Source: Octopus bimaculoides
Taxonomy: Eukaryota
Length of the DNA stretch: 64,000 nt
Assembly (NCBI RefSeq): GCF_001194135.2
Contig: NC_068981.1
Location: 88,948,850 to 89,012,849 of the forward strand
Reading direction: 5' to 3'
This document shows positions 52,668 to 64,000 of the stretch, piece by piece. The position numbers and the translations under genes are program-made. The notes under the pieces were generated by a model that was not told the origin of the DNA, made no database searches, and saw only the letters and a list, made by a program, of their open reading frames with translations. Position 1 is the stretch's first letter, and every line of letters starts with the position of its first letter.

Positions 52668-52712
<45 letters not shown>
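52668..52712. repeat. (GA)n microsatellite; (CT)n/(TA)n at 53377-53522
   Basis: Directly visible. Confidence 0.95.
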
Positions 52713-52714
<2 letters not shown>

Positions 52715-53476
52715 AAGAGAATTAGAGAGAGGAAGAGAAAGAGAACGATGGTGTGATGCATTAACAAAAAGAAAGGAAACGTAGTTATTCGTTAGCGAAT
52801 TGCTCAGCTACAAGAATATCTTGAACAAAATCTTCATTTGAACAAACGAAATTCTTCGATTGAAGCACTTTAAGTTATTATTAAATGTCAGACAAAAGAG
52901 GTGCAGTAGGAAAGGTTCAACGAAGCATTCTCTCAGTCGAATTCTGTAACAAGTAACAAGAAAGCTAAAGTAACTTGCTCGTTGAAGATTGTGTTAATTG
53001 CTTGTCTTTTGAAGTCATGACCTATTCACCACTCTTATTACGGTTGACTAGAATTAGGTTTGATCCTACTATTATGTGAGGCTGATCAATATTCTTGTGA
53101 GTTTGCTGTTTTCTGTATATTTTTAGATATTATTTTACTTAATCGTATACATTTATAAATTTGTCATTTTATGTATATTTTTTTGTAAGCTTAAGATAAA
53201 AATGAATCGTTTTTTTTAAAAAAAAAAAAGATTTTGAAAAAGATTTTTAAAGACTTAACACTTATGAAGTTCAGCGCATGAAAACTAAGTGAAAAAGAAA
53301 ACTATTATCAGGACACTGAACCTTTTCTAATAACATTCTTTAATATATACACTCGTACGATATTGCTATGATACTCCTCTCTCTGTCTCTCTCTCTGTCT
53401 CTCTCTCTGTCTCTCTCTCTCTCTTTATCTCTGTCTCTCTCTGTCTCTGTCTCTCTCTGTCTCTCTGTCTCTCTCT

Positions 53477-53527
<51 letters not shown>

Positions 53528-55614
53528 TTGAATATTCTTCTGCAATCAAGTTTTGATCTTCGGTTGAACCTATTTCGATTCATTGACGTCATCCTCACTC
53601 TTCAGAAAGGCATGAATTTCGCACCATTTTATTTCAGCTCAGATATAAAAAAAAAATGAGTGTGATGCCTAGAGGCAATGGAAAAAAAATCAATATTCAA
53701 ATGATTTCAAATCAATCGCTCCAATAAAATTATGCAGAGAGAAAAAAATGTTGATAAAATGTTAGAAATATAATAAAACGTATTTGCTTGGTAAACTTGG
53801 GTAAAAAATAAGCATAAAGGAAAATAAATCTTCTGCATACAAACATAAATGCCACACTGAGTCAAGAATGTTTTCAAGTCTAAATATTAGAAGCTTCAGT
53901 TAATTGAAGGATTTAAAATCTCTATCACTTTTAATCTCTTATGAACCGATATAAAAATTGGAAACGAATAGTTATCATTTTTTTAATTATTCAATCAGAC
54001 CCTGAAATCTAACTCAGCTGAAGCAATTAAACTAACTTTCGAAGCAGATTGATAGCGATAGAGGATAATATAAATCTGTCTCTTCAGAAGTGAGTTTTCA
54101 TTAAAATAGAAAAGCTGAAAACAAAAAGATACTTCTGCTGTAATCGCTTAATAGTTTGCAAATATTTTGTTTAGTCATGAAAGCTATAATTGTAATTAAA
54201 CTCGGAATCTAATAAATCAGAGCAAAGATGGAGTGAACTGAATAATCTGAATTTTCAATTTAAAGAGGTTTGCGTGTGTGTTTAAATTGCCATATTGTTT
54301 TGTAGAAAAAAAATATTCGAGCAAATTAAATAGAAGACATAATAGTTATCTTGTGAAAGAATCCAGTTATTTGCTACATTATTTTCCTGGAAATATATAG
54401 CAAAAAATAACAAAAATGGTGAAACAGTGGTCGCTGTATATCATAGTGCTTAGTTTCTTATAGTTACGTTCGTATACACATAGTGTCAATATTCTCTTAC
54501 AACCTTCAAATTTTATATAAGCACCAGTTATATGTTGTGGGTGATCCACTTGATTACTTCATCTCCTATGAGCCAGCAGGCAATTAGAAACGGGCTTTTT
54601 CGTAAATGTCTTTTCATATCCATTCGTTTATATAATTAACAGACAAAATATTTTCAGATATCTATTTCTCTTTTAACACTATCAAGACATGCGCCCCCAC
54701 CTACACACAAAGGCATACACACAAATATTTATGGATATATATCTAGCTTTTATCGAACTTTTTTGTCGGTAGTGATGTGTTTTCATGTTTATATGAAATA
54801 TCATGCGACTGACACTCATTCAAATACACTCAAACTCCCGTTATCATAGACCCATCAGGATATAAAACAATACAGATATAAAAGAAAGCCGTCTATATAG
54901 TGTAGTGTAATATTATTATGACAGCAATTCTCGAGTACGTTTGTAGGTTGCACGTGATATTTTTACGTTATTTATAGATATGATTGAGACGTTATATAGA
55001 GTTTGGTCTGAAAATAAGTTTGACGCATGGAGAAATGCATACAAAACTGTCAGGAGACGTGATAAAAATGGCAAGTACGTCGTGTTACAAGTTGTTTTTT
55101 GCAACCAGACATTTATAAGACCCGTTTATGACTGAGGTGTGTTCATTCATCAACGTATTCACAATTGAAGATGTTCATCATCAAATTCAACGCTCATCGA
55201 AAAGTGTGAACGCTTATGTATGCATGTCTATGTATGTGTATATATGTGTGTGCAAAAGGTCTATTGAAAATCAAATACTTAGATTCATATCTAAATGAAA
55301 AATGTCCTGGTCGGCTGTTATTTAAGGAAAGAACAGAACAGTGATTGGCAAATGAAGAGGAAAGAAATATATATTTCACATACATACGAGAGAAGGCAAA
55401 ACTAAAGGTATTTACAGGTGTTTCTAGTTTACTGTAATAGTCATAAAATCATACATATAAAGGAACGCAGAAAACAGCATATATAGGCATAAGACGGAAA
55501 ACTAGCAAATGAAGTTACTGATTTCAAAAGTGTCATTTTCACTGGTAGTGGGGATAATGTTACGAGTAAAGTTTAAAATGGCTTCTGGTGTATTTTATGT
55601 GAGTGAAAACACGT

Positions 55615-55978
55615 ACTCTTTTGTTTGTTTCAGTCATTTGTCAGCGGGCATGCTGTAGTCTCGCCATCTAGGGTTAGACAGACAAATCAACCCCACTACT
55701 TATTCTATCCGACTCTTGATAAGCTGCTAAGTTACTGGCACGGAAGCAGTCCATCACCGGTTGTCAGTGATGGTGGGAGAAACACAAAAACATGCACGCA
55801 CACACACAGATAAACAGATAAACGACAGGGTTCATACAGCTTCCACCTAGCGAATCTACTCACAAGCCACTGGTCATCTCATGGCTACAGAAGAAAACAT
55901 TTACCGCCTACTAGAACTTAACCCAAAACAATGTGGTTACGAAGCGAACTTCTTTACTACACAGCCACGCCTGCGCCT
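55615..55978 (-). mobile_element. Full-span degenerate SINE type A
   Basis: ctcttttgtttgtttcagtcattt...tacttattctatc...ttactacacagccacgcctgcgcc is the reverse complement of 32020-32410. Confidence 0.8.
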
Positions 55979-58900
55979 AAAGCATAAAGCATAAAGCACA
56001 TCGACCAGATATCGAAACTAGACATTCCACTTGGCAGGCCTCTATTCTTTCTATAAATCGCTATTGCAAACATCTGGATACAAATATAGTCAATTAGAAG
56101 TACTTGCAAGAGCAAAAAAGAAATCGGACATATTACACTTCTATGTTTGTTTATTTAGACAGCATCTGCCATGTTCACTCGAAGTCTTGTATCGGAAATT
56201 TAATGAGAAAACTGCTGTAGACATTATTAAAATTCAGTTAAGTCAAAATATTGAGCTTGGAAAACATATGTTAACTGTAGTCGGTTGTAAGAGGAAAAAA
56301 TATTTTTTCTCATAAATCTAATGGAGTCTTACACGCGCACCCATGAAATTCTAAGGTGGAGGGAGAATCAATCGCAAAATAAGTGAGACGGCGACAAAAA
56401 TGCAAGATAAAAAAAATAAAGTAATAATAATCGGAAGTGAATACGAAAGAAAAATATGTATAAAATCTGATGGATTTTAATTTCGAATAACGAACACGTA
56501 ATTTTCTGCAACGTTATATAATATTTTTCTCTCTATCAACATGCTATCCACAAAAATCTTCTTATTGTATTGGAAACAGAATTTCTTCATAATTTAGAAA
56601 AGAAATTAAAAAGAACAACATCAACATAAATATCATGAATAATTTGACTGAAAGGGCGGTATATAGTGACCTTTTGAAAAACGAAGCCGTTATTTAGGAA
56701 TATATTAACAATTCTAGTTAATATAATTTTTTTAAAGATATATGTACTTTTTTGTTTTGTCTTGTTATGACACGTCAAACAAAAAAAGTATCTTTCTCAA
56801 TGAAATACACAATGATTCAATGAAAACATTGTCAAACTTCCAGCAGTAATATGATGTTTTTTAAAACTCTGAATTGACTGGCAAGTTATAACTTTTAATA
56901 AAACTGAAATTACATTGAGTAATTGAAATGGAATTACTTTTTTTTATAATATAAAAAGACGTAAAGACAAGAAAAGAAAATTACTATTATACATTTTGTA
57001 ATTAAAATTCTATGACTAGTGTATGGAAATCATATTCAATATTACAACATGGCATTGGTAATCACTATCAGAAACAGAAACAACAACAGCAACAACAATA
57101 ACAGAAATACCAAAACAACTATGAATTTAAACATTTACGTTGAAATATTAATTAAAAAGAATACGTTAACAGTTTTCGGAAATGAAAGTATAATGACAAC
57201 AACTACGACGACAATCACAACAACAGCAACAATAGTAATGATCATCATGGGGCATTTAGCATGAGAGAACGCTGTCTGACTCCGCCGAAAATTATGAAAT
57301 CGGATAAAAAACAAAGATATTGACGGATAGCTCTATAAGTAACAAGTGTAATATTTATTGATCTCAGCCTTGTATAATTAATACATAACAAACGCTCATG
57401 ATAATTGTAAACAAAATATCAAACAGCTGTTCATATAAACATTTGACCGATTCCGTCCTATTATTTCAGACAAAATGACAGATATTACAAATAAAAATGG
57501 TATCTTTCAATCCAAGTACATCGATAGGAGAATACATGCTTGACATACTTAAATCTGGCGTAGAAATAGAACGAAAAATTGAGTGCGCGAAACTTGACAT
57601 TATCCAAAAGAAATATTAGTGTCCGACGAAAATGGAAACAAGAAGCGTGCGGCAGTATTGCTCTAGTTGAAAAAATAAGAGAGAAAATCTGTAAATGGAC
57701 AAGAGAGAAATATGTTTCTATTATACGTGTACAATTTATGTAGAGCGATACACGATCAAATACAAAGACAATATTCACGTGGAAAATGTGGAGAGAAAAT
57801 ACCCGGATCTAAACTTAAACCGATACATTACCAAATTAAAAATAAAATCCTTAAAGTAGAGACATAAGAAAAGAATATATAACGGGACAACATAACAAAT
57901 GGAAAACAAGAAAAAGAAAGCATAGTGAGCATGTAAATCACATCGATAAATCTAACGCGAGAAAAAAGCACGAAGAAAATGAGAAAAATATTTTAAAACG
58001 CTTTAAGTATACGGATAATTAAAAACCTCAGCGTCAGTATACAAAAGATTTAGGAATAGAAAATTCTAAAAGGGAAATATCGATGTAAAACAGGAAATGA
58101 TTAAAGAATTTTAAAGTATAGATATTTTATACCTGCGAAGATACCTCCTAAACTTTCTAACTTAACAATAAATTTGCAAAAATAATAAAAAATAATAATA
58201 TAAATAATGAAATAATAGGAAAAACACTTGGCCGTCTCTGACATAAGAGAAATAATATATAGGAAACAGCTAATCTATTTACAAAGGAAAATGGGAACTC
58301 CTCTTTCTAAATCTTCTTATATAGGATTATCAAAACGCAAGCAGACAAAACGAAAAGTAATTCAGAAAAGTACGGAAAATAAAAGAAAAAACACCTAAAT
58401 CCATAATGAAGTTAAAGAAAATATAAACCTGTTAATGTAGAAAAGACTAAAAAAAAAACAGAACAAAATTTGCAAGAATGCGTGAAATAAGCGATTCTCG
58501 CTAAATCACAAAGAATCCGTCTGTATGAAAAACAACAATGATTCTAGGATTCTTTGAAGTAAACAAGCTGTTTGACTCTACCGGAATATGTTATTATCAA
58601 GGAATAGTTAACAACAAAATAGGAATTATTACTGTACTAACACCGAGATTTGTAAAAAAAAAAAAAAAGGGGGAGGGGTGAACAAAAAAGAAAAAGAAAA
58701 ATGAATGGGAAGAAAGAAATTACTGCTGTCTAGAATGTTCATAACACTGAATAGAGAATCTGACCGTTCGTGGGAGACCATAATAATACAAACAAGATCG
58801 CTACTGCTGAATCAATACCAGTGAGTCGGCATCAGAAGAAGCTTAGACTGCAAACGAATAGTTATAATACTAGTTGTATTTTTATTGTTTGACAACGTTG

Positions 58901-59879
58901 ATATAATATAATATAATATAATATAATATAATATAAATGATATAATATAATTGTTACAATTCCCAATAATTCAATGACAAAGAATATATTTACAAAAACA
59001 AACAAAAAAGAAATGGAGAAAAAAGCATCAATGCAGCAGCAATTGCCTGCATTGGTCGCACACCACAAGGTTCAACGGAACGTATTGAAGCAAGCCAACA
59101 CGCTCGCGGCATTACCACGAGGCTAAGGTGCTGGAAAATCCAATCCCTCTCACGGGCTTGCCTGACGGCTCGGTAAGGCAAGCCGCCAACGATGACAAGA
59201 ACCTACATACATATATATATATATGTGTATATATGCTGTAATAAATATATGTATATGTATGTGTCTGTGTGTGTTGCGAGAAAGTGAGAGAGAGAGAGAG
59301 AGAGAGAAACAAAGATACAGAGTTACTAATAGACTTAGAAAGACGCAGAAATGCCTGGTTATATATAGGTAACCACAGAAACATATAGAAAGGCTGATAG
59401 ATTCTGTTTCCTAAAACTAATTGAAAGACGATCGTCTCTCATTCACAGAACTAAAATATTTTTGATCATATATATCTTCTTTCGTTTGTTGCATCATTCT
59501 TTCCCCCAACATACTTCATTTTCTCGATGTTGAATGTATGTGTATCAATACCTTGGATACGTAGGTTGATCTATTGTAGATTTAAAAGAAGGTAAAGATC
59601 GCACACACAGCTAAGCGAACACACAAGTATATAAACACACAAATACGCCTGTACAAACACACACATGTGTATCTACATACATATGTATATATGTGTGCAT
59701 CGCTTTCTCTATCTCTGTCAATACATATATGTTTGTATGTCTCGTATACTTATATAACGAATCGTATACTCACACACGCACACGTACTCACACACACACA
59801 CACACACACAGACAATCACACACACGCGCACCTAACCTATATCTATATATTGGTGGGTATGATAGTTGTACCGATGTAA

Positions 59880-59946
59880 GTAAATATATATATATATATA
59901 TACATACATACATACACATATATATGTATATATATGNNNNNNNNNN

Positions 59947-59983
<37 letters not shown>

Positions 59984-60025
59984 TATATATATATACATTG
60001 GAGTACGTATATATATATGTGTGTA

Positions 60026-60101
<76 letters not shown>

Positions 60102-60125
60102 NNNNNNNNNNCACACACACACTTA

Positions 60126-60156
<31 letters not shown>

Positions 60157-60165
60157 ATACATACA
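59880..60165. repeat. Compound (TA)n/(TCTA)n tract with two small gaps
   Basis: Directly visible. Confidence 0.95.
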
Positions 60166-61100
60166 TGTGTATGTGTGTCTATATAAGTATAGACACGCGC
60201 ATACACATAAACTGATTAAACTGTAAGAGAAACTAAGAAAGCTAAAGAGATAGACATTGAAATTTTTGAATGTCCTGCTTCTGTTCGGTATTTGATTACA
60301 TACCAGCAAAGCAATGATATATTAGATTTTCTCTGACCTTTTTAGCAGTCAGTCATCTATTGAAATAACGTTGATATAAGATTAAATCGGTGTCGTTTTC
60401 AATGTGAGATGGAAAATTAGAAGAAGTAAGCTGCGTATTTTGTGTCATCTTTTATGCAGTGAAAAGACCAATCACAAAAAGACGTTGTGCAAAATTATAC
60501 AGTAAAATAATTGACAAAATTTATAAGAGATAACAGATATGTGGTGTACAATCATGTTGAGACTACAGAATAGAGAAATTGGAAACAGTTGCTAACCATT
60601 GATACCGTGGTTTTTAAGAAAATAGAGTTGTATATTGTCAGGGACGGCAGAAGAGAATAATGTAAGTATGATAGAAAATAATGTGACTATGACATAGGTG
60701 AAGGAAAAAAACATTCTTTTAACCATTATTACTATACGATGTTAGTAAATCCTGCATCTCTGTATTAACACCTTCCTTGCAATATCGTTTATTAATTCTC
60801 TTAGATTATATGTAGGAAAGCATATGAAAATGGGGTGTCAACTATCAGGACCAACCGAATATACTTATAGAAACTGACCACAACGATATCAAATCTAATT
60901 TAGATCAACAAATCATATATATGTAACAAATGGAATGGCAGACATTACTTCTAGATATATTTAAATCTAAAATAAAACTAGTGGAGTTGTATAATACTTG
61001 AGGGTTATGCACATCCATTCGCAGCCCAGTATATCAATATGATACCAAGCTACTTGCTGAAAAGCGTGTTGCTAGTAAAAAATTAGGTCCATAGGCAAGA

Positions 61101-61395
61101 TAGTAGGTTGTTCCGAAAATAATGGCCGTTCGTTATAGAGAAATTACTTGAAATGGATGCTCTGAGGAAGAATGAAAATCAATTGAGCAATGTTTTCTAG
61201 AGTTTCTACAGGCCCATGATTATGGACATGTTCCGACATTTCTTGGTCTTGTAATAATACCTGGACCATTACCAAATCTTCATAAAGCTTAGTAGTACAG
61301 CAGTATTGTGAACTGTTTAAACTGTGATATGTGAAAATCGTCGCCTAGCAATAATTAAAGAATTAAGCTTATGCAAAAGTTCATGCCACATGTTT
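61101..61395 (+). mobile_element. Possible old mariner left-end remnant
   Basis: TAGTAGGTTGTTCCGAAAATAATGGCCG resembles mariner TIRs; ICENRRLAIIKELSLCKSSCH resembles the mariner second HTH. Both from recall. Confidence 0.4.
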
Positions 61396-61429
61396 TTTTA
61401 TTTGTACCGTGTTGCAGTCAAAGAGGCTA

Positions 61430-62655
61430 AAATGCAATCCAGTCATTCTTTGCCATACTTTAGTCCGTCAATCTTCAGCCCTATAACAAGTATTTTTTCC
61501 TTCTTATAAAATTTTATACAACGCTGTCATGCCAGCTGAGGCCTTTATATTTCTCGTTTCCAACAATGAGGTATCCACTCTATTGCTTCTATCGATATTT
61601 TTCAGTATTCATTTTCAATAAATGACCCATTAATCTTAACCTTCGTCTTTGTAGCATTACCATTATGTTCGTATGTCCTGTTTCTCAGTATATTTCCGTA
61701 AGGATGATTCGTTCCTCATTTATCACACACAGGATAATGTCCTGATATCTTAGATGCAATGCATTCAGGTTTTCTCTTCACTTTTGTATAGTAGCTATTT
61801 TTCAATGTCACTGACATTGATAAATGAATTTCAAATTTAGCGTTTATTGTGACGCCTTTAGTTTGCAAATAGAAAATCAACAGAATGCTACCCATGCTTT
61901 CCACGTCTAATTTGTCCCCACCCACCAGTTCCTTCCGCTACATTTTATATACTGCTGAAGCAGATCAAATAAGGTTCATTGGGCACCAATGGTTTTATAC
62001 ATTTTGCATTACTTTCCTTAATATGAACGCAATGTCATTAGAAATGTCTAAGTACCATAACATGGTACCATTTGAGTCGTGTCCTTCTTGATCAACATGC
62101 CGCTTTGAAAGATTTATTAAATGACACTCAAGGAATGGAGATTTTACATCCTTGTCTAATACTATCCATTTTACAGTAAAGTAAACTGACATTCCTTCAT
62201 TATGACATGTACAACAGTTAGAACTTCTGTTTATACAGCAAAACGCCTTTGGAGGGCTGGCAAAGTTAGGGGTTAGAGTTAATTTGTATTTGATGGTGTT
62301 TTCAAGTACACGTTGTTACGCAAATTGACATCAGTGCATGGTCTGTTTCCAGGAATTATGAAATAGTGGTATTATAACGTTTTGTAAATTATCACCCACG
62401 TCCTATTTGATATTATCACTAAGTGCAACCTACTGGTTACCAAAACGAAATAGCTTCCACTTCAGTTTGGCAGGGCCCTAATGAGTGCTGATGTTCACGT
62501 TTCTGACATGTTAAGTAGCATTGTCTCCATAGATACCCAACAAAACTCATGAAAATTTCCATCCCCACCTTGTTAATTTTCAATAACTTCAAAGCTTTCC
62601 GAACATCTCTAGATATGATTTCATCAACATCTATGCCAAGATCGTTTAAACAATA
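61430..62655 (-). mobile_element. Old RTE-like LINE fragment (RT domain)
   Basis: In order on the minus strand: VRKALKLLKINK, PGNRPCTD, F(fs)QKAFCCINR, IRQGCK(fs)SPFL, YLDISNDIAFI. These are degenerate forms of the GFRPGRSCTD, FEKAFDSINR, VRQGCVLSPFL and YADD motifs. Confidence 0.65.
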
Positions 62656-62662
62656 AGTTATT

Positions 62663-62920
62663 TGACTGAGTGGTTGAGAAATGCGCTTCAGACATATGAG
62701 GCCTGGTGATCATCACATCGCGCGTGGTACTTGAGTGAAGTGTCCTTAATTTAATGAGTCAAACTGTATGGATGAAATCTATGTAGAGACTCGTTAAATG
62801 GCATGAACGTATAATTTAAAGGTCCAGACATGTCATGCTGTATCACTCTGATTCTATTTGAAACTTACATTACGGATAGATGTGTCTGTGGAATGCTCTG
62901 CCATTTTTCACGTTGATTCA
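62663..62920 (+). mobile_element. Old SINE with a type C-like tail
   Basis: aaaggtccagacatgtca...gtgtctgtggaatgctctgccatttttcacgttgattca aligns with ~3690-3795. Confidence 0.55.
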
Positions 62921-63049
62921 ATAATTCAATGACTATTATGTGCAGTTGATCGAAATAGACGGGGTATTCGTTCACTCATACGCACTCACACATAGGTATG
63001 CACACACGCACACACGCCGGCGCACACGCACACACGCATATACATGAAT

Positions 63050-63133
<84 letters not shown>

Positions 63134-63777
63134 ACACAGAATTAACGTTTATAGTAACCGACTAAGGGATAAAATATACTATTTTATATACTATCGGTAT
63201 CCGTTACCTGTATTATCCCCGAGTATTGGTGTTCAGGCACACCATGCACGTAGAGTGCAGATAACAACAGGATAAATAAGAGTTTATCAAAAACCAATGC
63301 AAATAATTAGAAAATGGAGAAAACCACAGATTAACCAACACATCGGTTGGACCACATTTATAGCTTATTTTTTTTTATATAAAGCATGACATAACAAAAT
63401 AGTTGACGTAACATATCTTAAGTCCGTTACTGATCGGATCGCCAAAATGAAGTCTATAGATAAATGCGAGAATAAAGTTCTTTATCTTGATAGGGCATTC
63501 GAATTAAGGCAACGGATCTTCATCAGAGTGAAACACAAGAGCATAAAATATAAACAAAAGGGAGAGGGAAAAGGAAAAAAACATGGCTTAAACAAATAGT
63601 CTACAAGCCCAATATGTTAAGAGCATATAATTTACCATCAAGGAGCTACAGGGTCCGTAGGTAAAAGAGTGAGCTAGTAATGGTCTAGGGAATGCTACAA
63701 TTGAGTTGTTGAATCTGTGGTTTTCTCCCTTTTCTAATCATATATATATATATATACACAAACACTATATATGAATT

Positions 63778-63787
63778 TATCTATGTA

Positions 63788-63858
<71 letters not shown>

Positions 63859-63888
63859 ATATATCTATCTATCTATATCTATCTATCC

Positions 63889-63956
<68 letters not shown>
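63778..63956. repeat. (TCTA)n microsatellite
   Basis: Directly visible. Confidence 0.97.
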
Positions 63957-64000
63957 CTTCTCACGGACGTGCTGTCACATCGGCTGCGAAGGTAAACGTT

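Noticed and set aside
62264-62280. Telomere-like ttagggg/ttagag
   Set aside because: Only two imperfect units, inside an RTE remnant.

Overview
This is AT-rich, microsatellite-saturated eukaryotic DNA from a gapped draft assembly. The SINE sequences resemble Octopus repeats, but that is recall and has not been verified by search. No host protein-coding exon can be supported, and almost all ORFs in the track come from microsatellites or N-gaps. The main content is transposons. (1) A PGBD2/PGBD3-type piggyBac (about 2.99-6.7 kb) whose ~614-aa transposase is broken only by two single-A insertions; it has a splice acceptor fused to its ATG, downstream AATAAA signals and repeated 20-bp palindromes. 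(2) Six R4/Dong-like (restriction-like endonuclease, REL) LINE fragments at 22.8-29.4 kb, most abutting trinucleotide arrays; two divergent copies are 5'-truncated at the same codon. An old long copy lies at 43-45.4 kb. (3) Tc1/mariner and pogo-like remnants. (4) Old RTE and CR1/Jockey-like LINE remnants. (5) More than 20 tRNA-derived SINE copies of three types (labelled A, B, C here), including seven in 1.6 kb with a head-to-head foldback pair. Nothing here proves a new biological system. The exon-trap-like piggyBac and the shared LINE truncation point are the best leads.
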